From: Thermoanaerobaculia bacterium
GTDB lineage: Bacteria; Acidobacteriota; Thermoanaerobaculia; Gp7-AA8
Length of the DNA stretch: 64,000 bases
Assembly: GCA_035627015.1 (NCBI GenBank)
Contig: DASPMO010000103.1
Span: 1,617-65,616, forward strand
Direction: 5' to 3'
Part shown: in pieces, positions 23,117-30,941 of the stretch
Layout of the letters: each line of letters opens with the position of its first letter
Position numbering within the stretch: the stretch's first letter is position 1
Made by a program: the position numbers and the translations under genes
Notes under the pieces: model-generated
Seen by the model: the letters and a program-made list of their open reading frames with translations, nothing else
The model's database searches: none
What the model was told of the DNA's origin: nothing

Positions 23117-23249
23117 GCCGAATTTTCGATTCAAAAAGACGAAACCTTTTCCCGTTTTCCGCGTCTGACCTAGTGAACGACGAAGACGAACGAACGAACG
23201 GACGAAACGCAACGAACTGAATCTCCTAACACTCCTCCTGAATGAAACG

Positions 23250-23284
23250 CCAACGCCGGCCCCCAGGGCCGGCGTTGGTGTTTA
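23250..23284 (+). terminator. Strong stem-loop (13-bp GC-rich stem) with a short T-rich tail, 134 nt downstream of tsaD
   Basis: ccaacgccggccc-cca-gggccggcgttgg followed by tgttta. Confidence 0.6.
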
Positions 23285-23294
23285 ATGGCGTTCC

Positions 23295-24209
23295 ATGCGC
23301 ATCGTGATTGCCGGCGGATCCGGATTTCTGGGGGAGCCCCTCGTGCGGCGCCTCCTCGCTCGGGGTGACGAGGTGGCCGTGCTCAGCCGTAATCCGGCGA
23401 ACGTGCGCGCCGGACGCGGCGTGCAGTGGGACGGGAAGACGCAGGGCGCCTGGTCGCAGGAAGTGGCGACCGCCGACGTGGTGATCAACCTCGCTGGCGA
23501 GAATGTGGGCGAGGGCCGCTGGACCGAGGAGCGTAAGCAGCAGCTCGTGGCCAGCCGTCTCGACGCCACCGGGGCCATCGTGCAGGCGCTGCGCAACGCG
23601 CCGCCGCGGGACCGCACGCTCATCAACGCCTCCGCCGTCGGCTATTACGGCCTCCGCGGGGACGAGGTGCTCGACGAGAACGGTACGCGCGGCCCCGGCT
23701 TTCTCGCCGAGCTCGTGGAAAAGTGGGAAGCCGCGGCGCGGGACGGGGAGTCGCTCGCGCGCCTGGTCCTCCTCCGCTTCGGCGTCGCGCTCGCGCCGGA
23801 TGGCGGGGCGCTGAAAAAGATGCTGCTCCCGTTCAAGCTCGGCGCCGGTGGACCGGTGGGGAGCGGGGAGCAGTGGATGTCGTGGATCGATCGTGACGAC
23901 GCGGTGCGCATCGTGGAGTGGGCCATCGACAATCCGGCTGCCCGAGGGGTTTACAACGCCACCGCACCGGAGCCGGTGCGCAACCGCGACTTCACCCGTG
24001 CCCTCGGGCGCGCCCTGCACCGCCCCGCGTTCATGCCTGCACCGGCGTTCGCGTTGAAGGTGGCCTTCGGTCAGATGGCCGAAGAGGTGCTGCTGGGTGG
24101 GCAGCGGGTGGTGCCGCGTCGCGCCGAGCGTGAGGGATTCACCTTCGAGATCCCTACGCTCGACGCGTCATTCGCCCGGCATGTAGGGCGGGCTTCAGCC
24201 CGCCGTTAG
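23295..24209 (+). CDS. TIGR01777 / YfcH-type epimerase-family protein (SDR39U1, DUF1731 C-terminus)
   Basis: MRIVIAGGSGFLGEPLVRRL (Rossmann fold), INLAGENVGEGRWTEERK and MSWIDRDD. The last 9 codons (HVGRASARR) are read from a REP arm. Confidence 0.85.
   Translation: MRIVIAGGSGFLGEPLVRRLLARGDEVAVLSRNPANVRAGRGVQWDGKTQGAWSQEVATADVVINLAGENVGEGRWTEERKQQLVASRLDATGAIVQALRNAPPRDRTLINASAVGYYGLRGDEVLDENGTRGPGFLAELVEKWEAAARDGESLARLVLLRFGVALAPDGGALKKMLLPFKLGAGGPVGSGEQWMSWIDRDDAVRIVEWAIDNPAARGVYNATAPEPVRNRDFTRALGRALHRPAFMPAPAFALKVAFGQMAEEVLLGGQRVVPRRAEREGFTFEIPTLDASFARHVGRASARR
24183..24204. repeat. Single REP arm (half element)
   Basis: It is an exact gtagggcgggcttcagcccgcc 22-mer. It lies inside the 3' end of the YfcH-like ORF and abuts the convergent XRE gene. 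Confidence 0.85.
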
Positions 24210-24646
24210 TTCCGCGACGTCAACATGTGCCACTCCGGATTCTCGCGGACGTAGCCGGGACGCTTGTCCCGCAGCGCGTTGCTGTTCACCGTCGTGTGGA
24301 CTTCCGACGCCGTCTCCAGCATGAGCTGGAACTTGTCGATCATCTTCTTCTGCACCGGCTTGGGCAGCCCGCGCAGATCCTCGACGAGCCGCTGGGCTGC
24401 CGACTCTTCTTCGTCCAGCTCCCACGGCGCGATCTGCCGCTCGACCGAGCAGCCGAAGAAATCGGCTTCGCTGAGGCCGTAGACGCCGAGGAGTTTCTTG
24501 AGCTGCGCCAGCTTCAGAGAGCCGATGCGCTGACCCGTTTCAAATGAGCTGATTGTCTTCTCGCCGACGCCCGACAGCTTGGCCACGTCTTTCTGGCTCA
24601 GGCCGCGGAGGCGGCGGATTTCGCGGAGTTTCAGTACGAGATCCAT
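24206..24646 (-). CDS. XRE-family helix-turn-helix transcriptional regulator
   Basis: LKLREIRRLRGLSQKDVAKLSGVGEKTISSFETGQR is a classic HTH_3 motif. It lies 32 nt downstream of lexA on the same strand. Confidence 0.8.
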   Translation of the reverse strand: MDLVLKLREIRRLRGLSQKDVAKLSGVGEKTISSFETGQRIGSLKLAQLKKLLGVYGLSEADFFGCSVERQIAPWELDEEESAAQRLVEDLRGLPKPVQKKMIDKFQLMLETASEVHTTVNSNALRDKRPGYVRENPEWHMLTSRN

Positions 24647-24678
24647 AGCTTCCTCACCTCTGGTTCCTTGCTTCCGGC

Positions 24679-25311
24679 TCAGAACCTGCGCATCAGTCCC
24701 ACCACCACGCCCTGCACCGCCACGTCGCGGGCAGCCGCGTAGATGGGACTCATCATGGAGTTCGCCGGTTGGAGGCGAACCCGCTCCCCTTCGCGATACA
24801 AACGTTTGAGAGTCACTTCCCCGCTGACGTTCGCCACCACCATCTCGCCGTTCGTCGCTTCCTCCCGGCGGGCGATGATCACCAGGTCGCCGTCCAGGAT
24901 TCCGTCGTCGACCATCGAGTCCCCCCGTACCTTCAGCACGTAGTTCTCGCCACGTGACGTCAGGTGCTCGGGCACGGCGATCGTTTCGTCCGAGACGTCC
25001 ACATCGAGCGGACGTCCCGCGGCGATGTATCCGAAAAGCGGCAGTTCGCGCGCGGCCGGCCGGTCCTCGCGCTTCGTGTCGTTCTTCGGCGGCTCGCGAT
25101 CGTCGACCAGCTCCACCCCCCGCTTCTGGTTCCAGTCGCGGCGGATCAGCCCCTTTTTCTCGAGCAGCGACAGATGCTTGTACACCGTGCCGTACGAGGA
25201 GAAGCCGAAGTGGTCGCAGATCTCGCGGTGGGTCGGGGCGATCCCTCGTTCCTTCTGAAAATCACGAATGAAGTTCAGGATGTCCCGTTGCCGTTCCGTC
25301 AGATATCTCAT
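24679..25311 (-). CDS. lexA: SOS repressor LexA
   Basis: It has a winged-helix N-terminus (LTERQRDILNFIRDF...GIAPTHREI), an Ala-Gly cleavage site (YIAAGRPL) and the peptidase S24 motifs GDSM and VVGLMRRF. Confidence 0.93.
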   Translation of the reverse strand: MRYLTERQRDILNFIRDFQKERGIAPTHREICDHFGFSSYGTVYKHLSLLEKKGLIRRDWNQKRGVELVDDREPPKNDTKREDRPAARELPLFGYIAAGRPLDVDVSDETIAVPEHLTSRGENYVLKVRGDSMVDDGILDGDLVIIARREEATNGEMVVANVSGEVTLKRLYREGERVRLQPANSMMSPIYAAARDVAVQGVVVGLMRRF

Positions 25312-25329
25312 TCCGCCCTCACACCACCT

Positions 25330-25358
25330 AATGTAGGCGGTAATAGGGCGAAAGTCAA
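25330..25358 (-). promoter_or_regulatory. Putative sigma70-type promoter of lexA (TTGACT-N17-TACATT on the minus strand)
   Basis: On the minus strand the sequence reads TTGACT ttcgccctattaccgcc TACATT, about 20 nt before a GAGGG RBS and the lexA ATG. A direct repeat ACTTACGC-T-ACTTACGC abuts the -35. Confidence 0.45.
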
Positions 25359-25544
25359 GCGTAAGTAGCGTAAGTTTGGTGGTGGTCCAGTCTAGCCCGG
25401 TAGTGGCTAAGCAGAACGCACTGACTCCACCAACGGAGCAGGTCGGCGCCTCTGGAGTGGCGTGGCTTCAGCACGCCAGGCTCCTGCGACGGGTGAGCTT
25501 CGATCAGCCATCGGCGTCCACGCATCTCCGGACAGCATTCGCGT

Positions 25545-25850
25545 AAATGAACCGGTGCAGATCCAAAAATGACCGCAGATCATCTGAAAAGTGACCGCAG
25601 ATCATCTGAAACATGACCGCAGGTCATCTGAAACATGACCGCAGGTCACTTGAAAGTGCTCCGCGATGACTTTCCGCGTGATCCGCGCTCACCTTGCAAA
25701 TGATTGCAGGAGGCCATGCAACTGACCCTCGGTCGACACTCAAATGACCCACGATGGGATCGACGCTCCCGGGGGTGGGATGAAGGTGCTCCACGGTCAT
25801 TAAGAAGGTGCTCCGCGGTCATTTAGACCGTGCTCCGCGGTCATTTAGAA
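25545..25850. repeat. Tandem array of ~14 degenerate 22-bp units with a palindromic core (ATGACC-N3-GGTCAT)
   Basis: The first units are aatgaccgcagatcatctgaaa / agtgaccgcagatcatctgaaa / catgaccgcaggtcatctgaaa / catgaccgcaggtcacttgaaa. Degenerate middle units follow. The last units are gtgctccacggtcattaagaag / gtgctccgcggtcatttagacc / gtgctccgcggtcatttagaaa. Confidence 0.85.
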
Positions 25851-25989
25851 AACGAAAGCCGCGAGCGGCGATGGGCTCATTCGCGGGATCTCTACCGATG
25901 GAAACGCCGGCGCCTGCGCAGTCTCCGTGCAAAAAAAGGAGCCGGCCTCGCGGCCGGCTCCTTCCCCACAATTGCTGCAGCGTCGAGAC

Positions 25990-26694
25990 TCAGTCGAGCT
26001 TGATGGCTTTCTTGGTCTTCTCGCGGCGCGAGGATTCTTTCTGGTTGTACTCGTCCATGCAGTCGCCCTGCTCGACCATCGCGCACGAGAGGTAGTCGCT
26101 GATCTCGACGATGGCGGCGCGGATGGCCTTGCCGGCCGGGGTCTTCTCGTGCTTGGAGAGGTTGCCGCCGAAGCCGCCGCGATAGAGGCCGACGTTGAGG
26201 CCACCACCCGAGGAGCGGCCCTCGACGGTGCGGACGAACTCGACTTCACCCGTGGTCGTGTCGATCACGCGGAGGTCGACCGCCAGGTAGGCGCTCTCCT
26301 TCTTGCCGCCGACGCTGATGCCGCGGAAGCTGAGACCACCACCCGTGCCCTGCACGTCCTCTTCGTACGCCGAGAGCGAGCCGGTGACGATGTACTGCGC
26401 GCCGGTGAGCTTGCCGATCTTGGCGCCGGTGCCCTTCTTGATGCGGCCGGAGTCGGCCAGGTCCTGCTCGTCCATGACCGCGGCGAGCTTCTCGCGCTCG
26501 ACGAGCTTGAACTTGCCGGTGGCCTGGAGCTCGTTGGTGAGCATGTCGGCCAGGTCGCGGCCCGCACCGCCGTACCACCAGCCCGCCGACGTTTCATTCT
26601 TGAATTCGTTCACGGCGATGACCGGCTTGTCGCCCGCCATCACGGTGCCCGCGATGAAGATCAGAAGAAAAGCAAAAAGAGTTTTCGAACGCAT
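25990..26694 (-). CDS. CsgG-family (curli production/transport component-like) lipoprotein
   Basis: It has a signal peptide, then VIAVNEFKNET...GRDLADMLTNELQATGKFKLVEREKL...AQYIVTGSL, typical of CsgG/HfaB-family proteins. Confidence 0.8.
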   Translation of the reverse strand: MRSKTLFAFLLIFIAGTVMAGDKPVIAVNEFKNETSAGWWYGGAGRDLADMLTNELQATGKFKLVEREKLAAVMDEQDLADSGRIKKGTGAKIGKLTGAQYIVTGSLSAYEEDVQGTGGGLSFRGISVGGKKESAYLAVDLRVIDTTTGEVEFVRTVEGRSSGGGLNVGLYRGGFGGNLSKHEKTPAGKAIRAAIVEISDYLSCAMVEQGDCMDEYNQKESSRREKTKKAIKLD

Positions 26695-26777
26695 TTGTCC
26701 CCCGTTTGAGATAACCGATTCGTGTGCTGCAATGTAGATTGGACGATTGACAGTGTACCGTGATCCCGCTCACGAAA

Positions 26778-27638
26778 TCAGTGGCTGACCGCCCCGCCCG
26801 GAACGTCGAACGACGAACTCCACATTTCCACTCGATTGCGCCCACGGTTCTTCGCCGCGTACAAGGCGCGGTCGGCCCGCTCGATGAGCTCGGCCGGGCT
26901 GAGCACGCCCATGTCCGGCGAATCCATCCCCGCGATCCCGATCGAGGCCGTGACCGCGACCGAGCCGTCGCCGCACGGCAGCTCGCTCGACGCCAGCCGC
27001 TGGCGGATGCGCTCCGCCACCACGGTCGTGTTGCCGGTCTTGGTCTCCGGCAGCACGATGCAGAACTCCTCGCCTCCGTAGCGGCCCGGCACGTCGTAGA
27101 CGCGGCAACTGTCGCGCAGCAGCCGGCCGATGCCCTGCAGCACCTGGTCGCCGCCGGTGTGACCGAACGTGTCGTTGATGCGCTTGAAGTGATCCAGGTC
27201 GAGCATCAGCAGCGACACCGGCGAGCCGTGCCGCATGGCGCGATTCAGCTCGCTGTCGATCTTCTCCAGCACGAACCCGCGGTTGTACAGGCCGGTGAGT
27301 GAGTCCCGCGACGACACCTCGGACAGCATCCGGTTCCGCACCGTCAGGTCGAGGTTCTCGCGCTGCAGGCCGAGCATGCGCTGCTCGAGCTCCGCGTAGC
27401 GCGACTCGCTCTCCTCCACCAGGCGCAGCACGCCGAAGATCTGCTCGATCACGCGGCGCTCGGCGTCCGTGAACGGCTGGCCGTCCGACGACACCACCGA
27501 CACGCGCGGCATCGCCAGGCGCACGGCGAAGTGGTGCGCGGATTCGGCGCTCCGGCGATCGGCCAGATGCAGGGGTTTCTGCAGGAGCTCGGAGAGCGGC
27601 GCGAGAATCCGTGAGGCAGCGGACTCGAAAGGTTCCAT
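26778..27638 (-). CDS. Diguanylate cyclase (GGDEF domain)
   Basis: LTGLYNRGF, LMLDLDHFKRINDTFGHTGGD and RYGGEEFCIVLPET. Confidence 0.9.
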   Translation of the reverse strand: MEPFESAASRILAPLSELLQKPLHLADRRSAESAHHFAVRLAMPRVSVVSSDGQPFTDAERRVIEQIFGVLRLVEESESRYAELEQRMLGLQRENLDLTVRNRMLSEVSSRDSLTGLYNRGFVLEKIDSELNRAMRHGSPVSLLMLDLDHFKRINDTFGHTGGDQVLQGIGRLLRDSCRVYDVPGRYGGEEFCIVLPETKTGNTTVVAERIRQRLASSELPCGDGSVAVTASIGIAGMDSPDMGVLSPAELIERADRALYAAKNRGRNRVEMWSSSFDVPGGAVSH

Positions 27639-27722
27639 TCGGCTTCAGTTGTACAGAGAGAGACGTGGAGTATAGCCACGCCGCCTGGACGAACCAACGC
27701 TCAATGATGGAAGAGTCAGCCG

Positions 27723-28661
27723 CTACGCGCGCTGCTCGACGCGGAAGCGGTTCATGCCGGCGGTGATCTCGTCGCCGGTCTGCACCTTCGTGTCGTGTGC
27801 GGGGAGCGTGTTGAGGAACGTGCCGTTGCGGCTGCCGAGGTCGCGGACGCGCACGTCGCCGCCCTCGTCGCGCAGCAGCTCGAAGTGGCGGCGGGAGAGG
27901 AACTCGTCCGGCACGCGCACGTGGCCCTCGCGTCCCACGACCAGCCCGCCCGGCGGCACCTCGAACTCCTGTCCCACCAGCGGACCTTCGACGCAGACCA
28001 GCACCACGCGCGAGGGCAGCGCCGCGTTGCGCGCGTGGATCTTCTTCGAGAGGGCCGACTCGTCCGTGAGGGTCGCCATGTCGATGGTGATCGGCTCGAC
28101 CGGCAGCCCGATCTGCTCGGTCGGCTCCACGCTCACCATGGCCGAGCCGACGCGCAGCAGGTGCACGCCGTCCTCGATCACCGCCTCGTCGATCTGCTGC
28201 CCGTCGAGGAACGTTCCCATGTGCGAGTCCGCGTCGCGCACGACCAGCGTGTCGCCGCGCACGAAGATCGCGCAGTGGCGCAGCGACAGCTCCGCTTCAT
28301 CCAGCTCCACGTGACACCCCTTCCGGCCGATCCAGAGCGCATGCTCGTAGATCGTGAAGACGGTGTTGACGGAGTCGTAGGCGCCACGGGCGATGATGCG
28401 CACGCTGCGCGGCCGCGACGGCGGCTCGTCCTGCACCGCGGGCGCGGCCGGCTCGGCGGCGGCCGATGCGTCGACGCGGTACGGCTTCATGTCGATCTCG
28501 CGCACCTTGTCGACGTCGACGAGGCGCGCCAGCACTGCCGCCTTGCTGCCGGAGAGCCATTCGCCGCAGTGGCAGGTGGCGATCGAGTTCGGCAGCCGCA
28601 CGGCGACCACGCCCGGCACGTCGTAGGCCTGCCCGCACTTCGGACAGCGGATCAGCGGCAT
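27723..28661 (-). CDS. Zinc-ribbon plus tandem FHA-domain protein
   Basis: The N-terminus is MPLIRCPKCGQAYDVPG...CHCGEW. Two FHA-like modules are present (WIGRKGCHVEL...SLRHCAIF...DADSHMGTFLDG and VVGREGHVRV...SRRHFELL...DLGSRNGTFLN). Confidence 0.8.
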   Translation of the reverse strand: MPLIRCPKCGQAYDVPGVVAVRLPNSIATCHCGEWLSGSKAAVLARLVDVDKVREIDMKPYRVDASAAAEPAAPAVQDEPPSRPRSVRIIARGAYDSVNTVFTIYEHALWIGRKGCHVELDEAELSLRHCAIFVRGDTLVVRDADSHMGTFLDGQQIDEAVIEDGVHLLRVGSAMVSVEPTEQIGLPVEPITIDMATLTDESALSKKIHARNAALPSRVVLVCVEGPLVGQEFEVPPGGLVVGREGHVRVPDEFLSRRHFELLRDEGGDVRVRDLGSRNGTFLNTLPAHDTKVQTGDEITAGMNRFRVEQRA

Positions 28662-28679
28662 GCGGCCGATGATAGCAAT

Positions 28680-28731
28680 GTAGGGCGGGCTTCAGCCCGC
28701 CGACTGATGGTCGGGCTTCGGCCCGACCTAC
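28680..28731. repeat. REP-type palindromic element (variant right arm)
   Basis: gtagggcgggcttcagcccgcc-gactgat-ggtcgggcttcggcccgacctac. It lies in the divergent gap between the FHA gene and the MCP gene. Confidence 0.85.
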
Positions 28732-28751
28732 GTTACACTCCCGCCGGTCCT

Positions 28752-30833
28752 ATGCTGGCAGGCAATCGGAAGGAACGCGGTGCGCGGCGCGGTCTCCGCT
28801 CGAAGATCGTCATCGCCTTCGCGTTGCAGGCCCTGGCCGTGGCCATCCCGCTGGTGATCATCCAGCAGATCCTCGTGCGGCGGGCCATGATCCGGCAGAC
28901 CGTCGAGCAGGGCTCCGCCATCGCCGACGCGATCAACACCACCGCCAATTACTACGTCGTCTTCAATCTCACCGACGACCTCCGCAAGATCGTCACGGAG
29001 ATCGAGAAGAACCCTTCCGTCGAATACGCGGAGTTCCTCGACGCGAACGGGGGCCGGCTCGCCTTCACCGGCGAGCAGCCCCAGGGACTGGCGGGACGCG
29101 TCCTCAAGAACGAGGACGATGAGTTGACGCGGCGCGGGATGCACGTCCACACGCGCGTCTTCTACGAGAAAGCCGACGACGCGGCCAGGGGGGTGAAGCC
29201 GAAAGGCTACTTCCGCATGCTGATGAACGAGTCGCAGGCGACGAACGCCATCAGCTCCCTGCTGTGGGCAAACGTCGGCGCGACGCTGTTCGTCCTCCTC
29301 GCCGCCAGCTTCCTGGCGTGGCTCGCGTCCCGCTTCATCGTCCGCCCCATCCTCTCGCTCGTCGACACGGCGGGGCAGATCGCCAAGGGCGACCTCACGC
29401 AGCGCGCAAAGGTCGAATCGACGGACGAGATCGGGGCGCTGGCCGAGGCCTTCAACGGCATGACCGCGAACCTCGAGCGGACCGTCAAGAGCCTGGTGCA
29501 GTCGCAGTCGAAGCTGAAGAACGTCATCGAGACGGTGCAGACCCGCTCGCAGCTCGTCATCGACCGCGTCGACGAGCAGCGCTCCGTCATCGACGAGACC
29601 TACAACTCCATCGACCAGCTCAACAGCGGCGTCCGGAAAATCACGGACAACGTCGAGGCGCTCTCCGCGTCGTCGGAAGAGACCTCCTCGTCGATGCTGG
29701 AGATGGTGGCCTCCATGGAAGAGGTCAGCCGCCACACCGACACGCTCTTCAACTCTGTCGAGGAGACGGCGTCGGCCACGCACGAAATGGTCTCATCCAT
29801 CAACGAGGTGGACCAGAACGTCGTCTACCTCACGAACTTCGTCACCGACACTTCCTCCTCCATGGTGGAGATGTCGGCCTCGATCGCCCAGGTCGAGGCC
29901 AACGCCGCGCGGTCGTACGACCTGGCCATCGCCGTCTCCGACGCCGCGGAGTCGGGGATGAAGGCCGTGCGCGAGACGATCGAAGGGATGGAGCAGATCC
30001 GGCAGTCGGTCATCGAGGCGAACAGCGTCGTGGCCCGGCTCGGCGACCGCTCCGTGGCCATCGGCAAGATCCTCAATGTCATCGACGACGTGGCCGAGCA
30101 GACGAACCTGCTCGCGCTCAATGCCGCCATCCTCGCCGCGCAGGCGGGGGAGTACGGCAAGGGCTTCTCCGTCGTCGCCGCCGAGATCCGCGAGCTCTCC
30201 GAGCGCACGGCCTCCTCGACGCGCGACATCACCAACCTCATCCGCGCCGTGCAGGAAGAAGTGCAGAACGCGCTGCAGGCGATGGGCTCCGGCTCCGCGC
30301 TCGTCGAGAACGGCGTGGCACTGTCGCACGAGGCGGGCAAGGCGTTGAACAACATCCTCGTCTCCGCCGCCAAAGCCTCGAGCATGGGGAAGGAGATTGC
30401 CGGCGCCACGCGCGAGCAGGCCAAGGGGAGCGAGACCGTCACGCGCGCCGTCGACCGCCTGCAGTCGATGGTCGGCCAGATCAACTCGGCGACCACGCAG
30501 CAGGCCCAGGGCTCCGATCACATCCTCAAGGCCGTCGAATCGATGCGCGAGGTGACGAAGTACGTCCGCCAGGCCCTGGTGGAACAGAAATCAGGCTCCG
30601 GCATGATCTCCGCCGCGGCCGAGCGGATGATCGAGATGATCCACGAGATCTTCCAGGTCGCCGCCGGCCAGGCCTCGGAGAGCGAGAAGATCGTGGCCAC
30701 GATGCAGCAGGTGCGCGCCATCGCCGACAACAACCGCGCCGCCGCCGGCGACATGAGCGCCGCCATCAACCTGCTCAACGAGGCCATCCGCAGCTTCGAC
30801 GAAGAGGTGCGGAAGTTCCGGGTGCGGGCGTGA
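28752..30833 (+). CDS. Methyl-accepting chemotaxis protein (TM - periplasmic/sensor region - HAMP - MCP signalling domain)
   Basis: It uses an internal start of ORF 27795..30833 at MLAGNRKERG; the upstream part of that ORF is antisense to the FHA gene. It has a HAMP segment (IVRPILSLVDTAGQIAKGDLTQR) and a conserved signalling hairpin (EQTNLLALNAAILAAQAGEYGKGFSVVAAEIRELSERT). Confidence 0.9.
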   Translation: MLAGNRKERGARRGLRSKIVIAFALQALAVAIPLVIIQQILVRRAMIRQTVEQGSAIADAINTTANYYVVFNLTDDLRKIVTEIEKNPSVEYAEFLDANGGRLAFTGEQPQGLAGRVLKNEDDELTRRGMHVHTRVFYEKADDAARGVKPKGYFRMLMNESQATNAISSLLWANVGATLFVLLAASFLAWLASRFIVRPILSLVDTAGQIAKGDLTQRAKVESTDEIGALAEAFNGMTANLERTVKSLVQSQSKLKNVIETVQTRSQLVIDRVDEQRSVIDETYNSIDQLNSGVRKITDNVEALSASSEETSSSMLEMVASMEEVSRHTDTLFNSVEETASATHEMVSSINEVDQNVVYLTNFVTDTSSSMVEMSASIAQVEANAARSYDLAIAVSDAAESGMKAVRETIEGMEQIRQSVIEANSVVARLGDRSVAIGKILNVIDDVAEQTNLLALNAAILAAQAGEYGKGFSVVAAEIRELSERTASSTRDITNLIRAVQEEVQNALQAMGSGSALVENGVALSHEAGKALNNILVSAAKASSMGKEIAGATREQAKGSETVTRAVDRLQSMVGQINSATTQQAQGSDHILKAVESMREVTKYVRQALVEQKSGSGMISAAAERMIEMIHEIFQVAAGQASESEKIVATMQQVRAIADNNRAAAGDMSAAINLLNEAIRSFDEEVRKFRVRA

Positions 30834-30838
30834 TCCCT

Positions 30839-30938
30839 GTCATCCTGGGCCCCGCAGAGGGCGAAGGACCCCCTGCGTCGGGCCCGGCCGCTGCGTTTCA
30901 GCAGGAGGTCCTTCGCCGTCTGCGCGGCTCAGGATGAC
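30839..30938. repeat. Second family of palindromic element (GTCATCCTGRGC...GCGAAGGACC arms)
   Basis: gtcatcctgggccccgcagagggcgaaggacc (30839-30870) is the inverted repeat of ggtccttcgccgtctgcgcggctcaggatgac (30907-30938). It fills the MCP-cheW gap. Confidence 0.8.
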
Positions 30939-30941
30939 ACC

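Noticed and set aside
25376-25440. A possible tRNA or tRNA-like fold (ttggtggtgg…ccaccaacgg) upstream of lexA.
   Set aside because: There is no T-loop (GTTCRANYC) or D-loop signature, and the arm lengths do not fit a cloverleaf.
25545-25850. A CRISPR array interpretation of the 22-bp array (and of the 21-bp array at 62983..63234).
   Set aside because: The units are contiguous with no unique spacers, they are too short, and no cas genes are present. They are tandem direct repeats, not repeat-spacer arrays.
27795-30833. The 1012-aa ORF taken as the MCP gene. The same issue applies to 50086..52401 (771 aa) and 60073..60777 (234 aa).
   Set aside because: The N-terminal portions are antisense to, or out of frame with, neighbouring real genes. 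Internal starts were used instead, because they give sensible signal peptides or TM segments: 28752 for the MCP, 51448 for the membrane protein and 60309 for the small lipoprotein.
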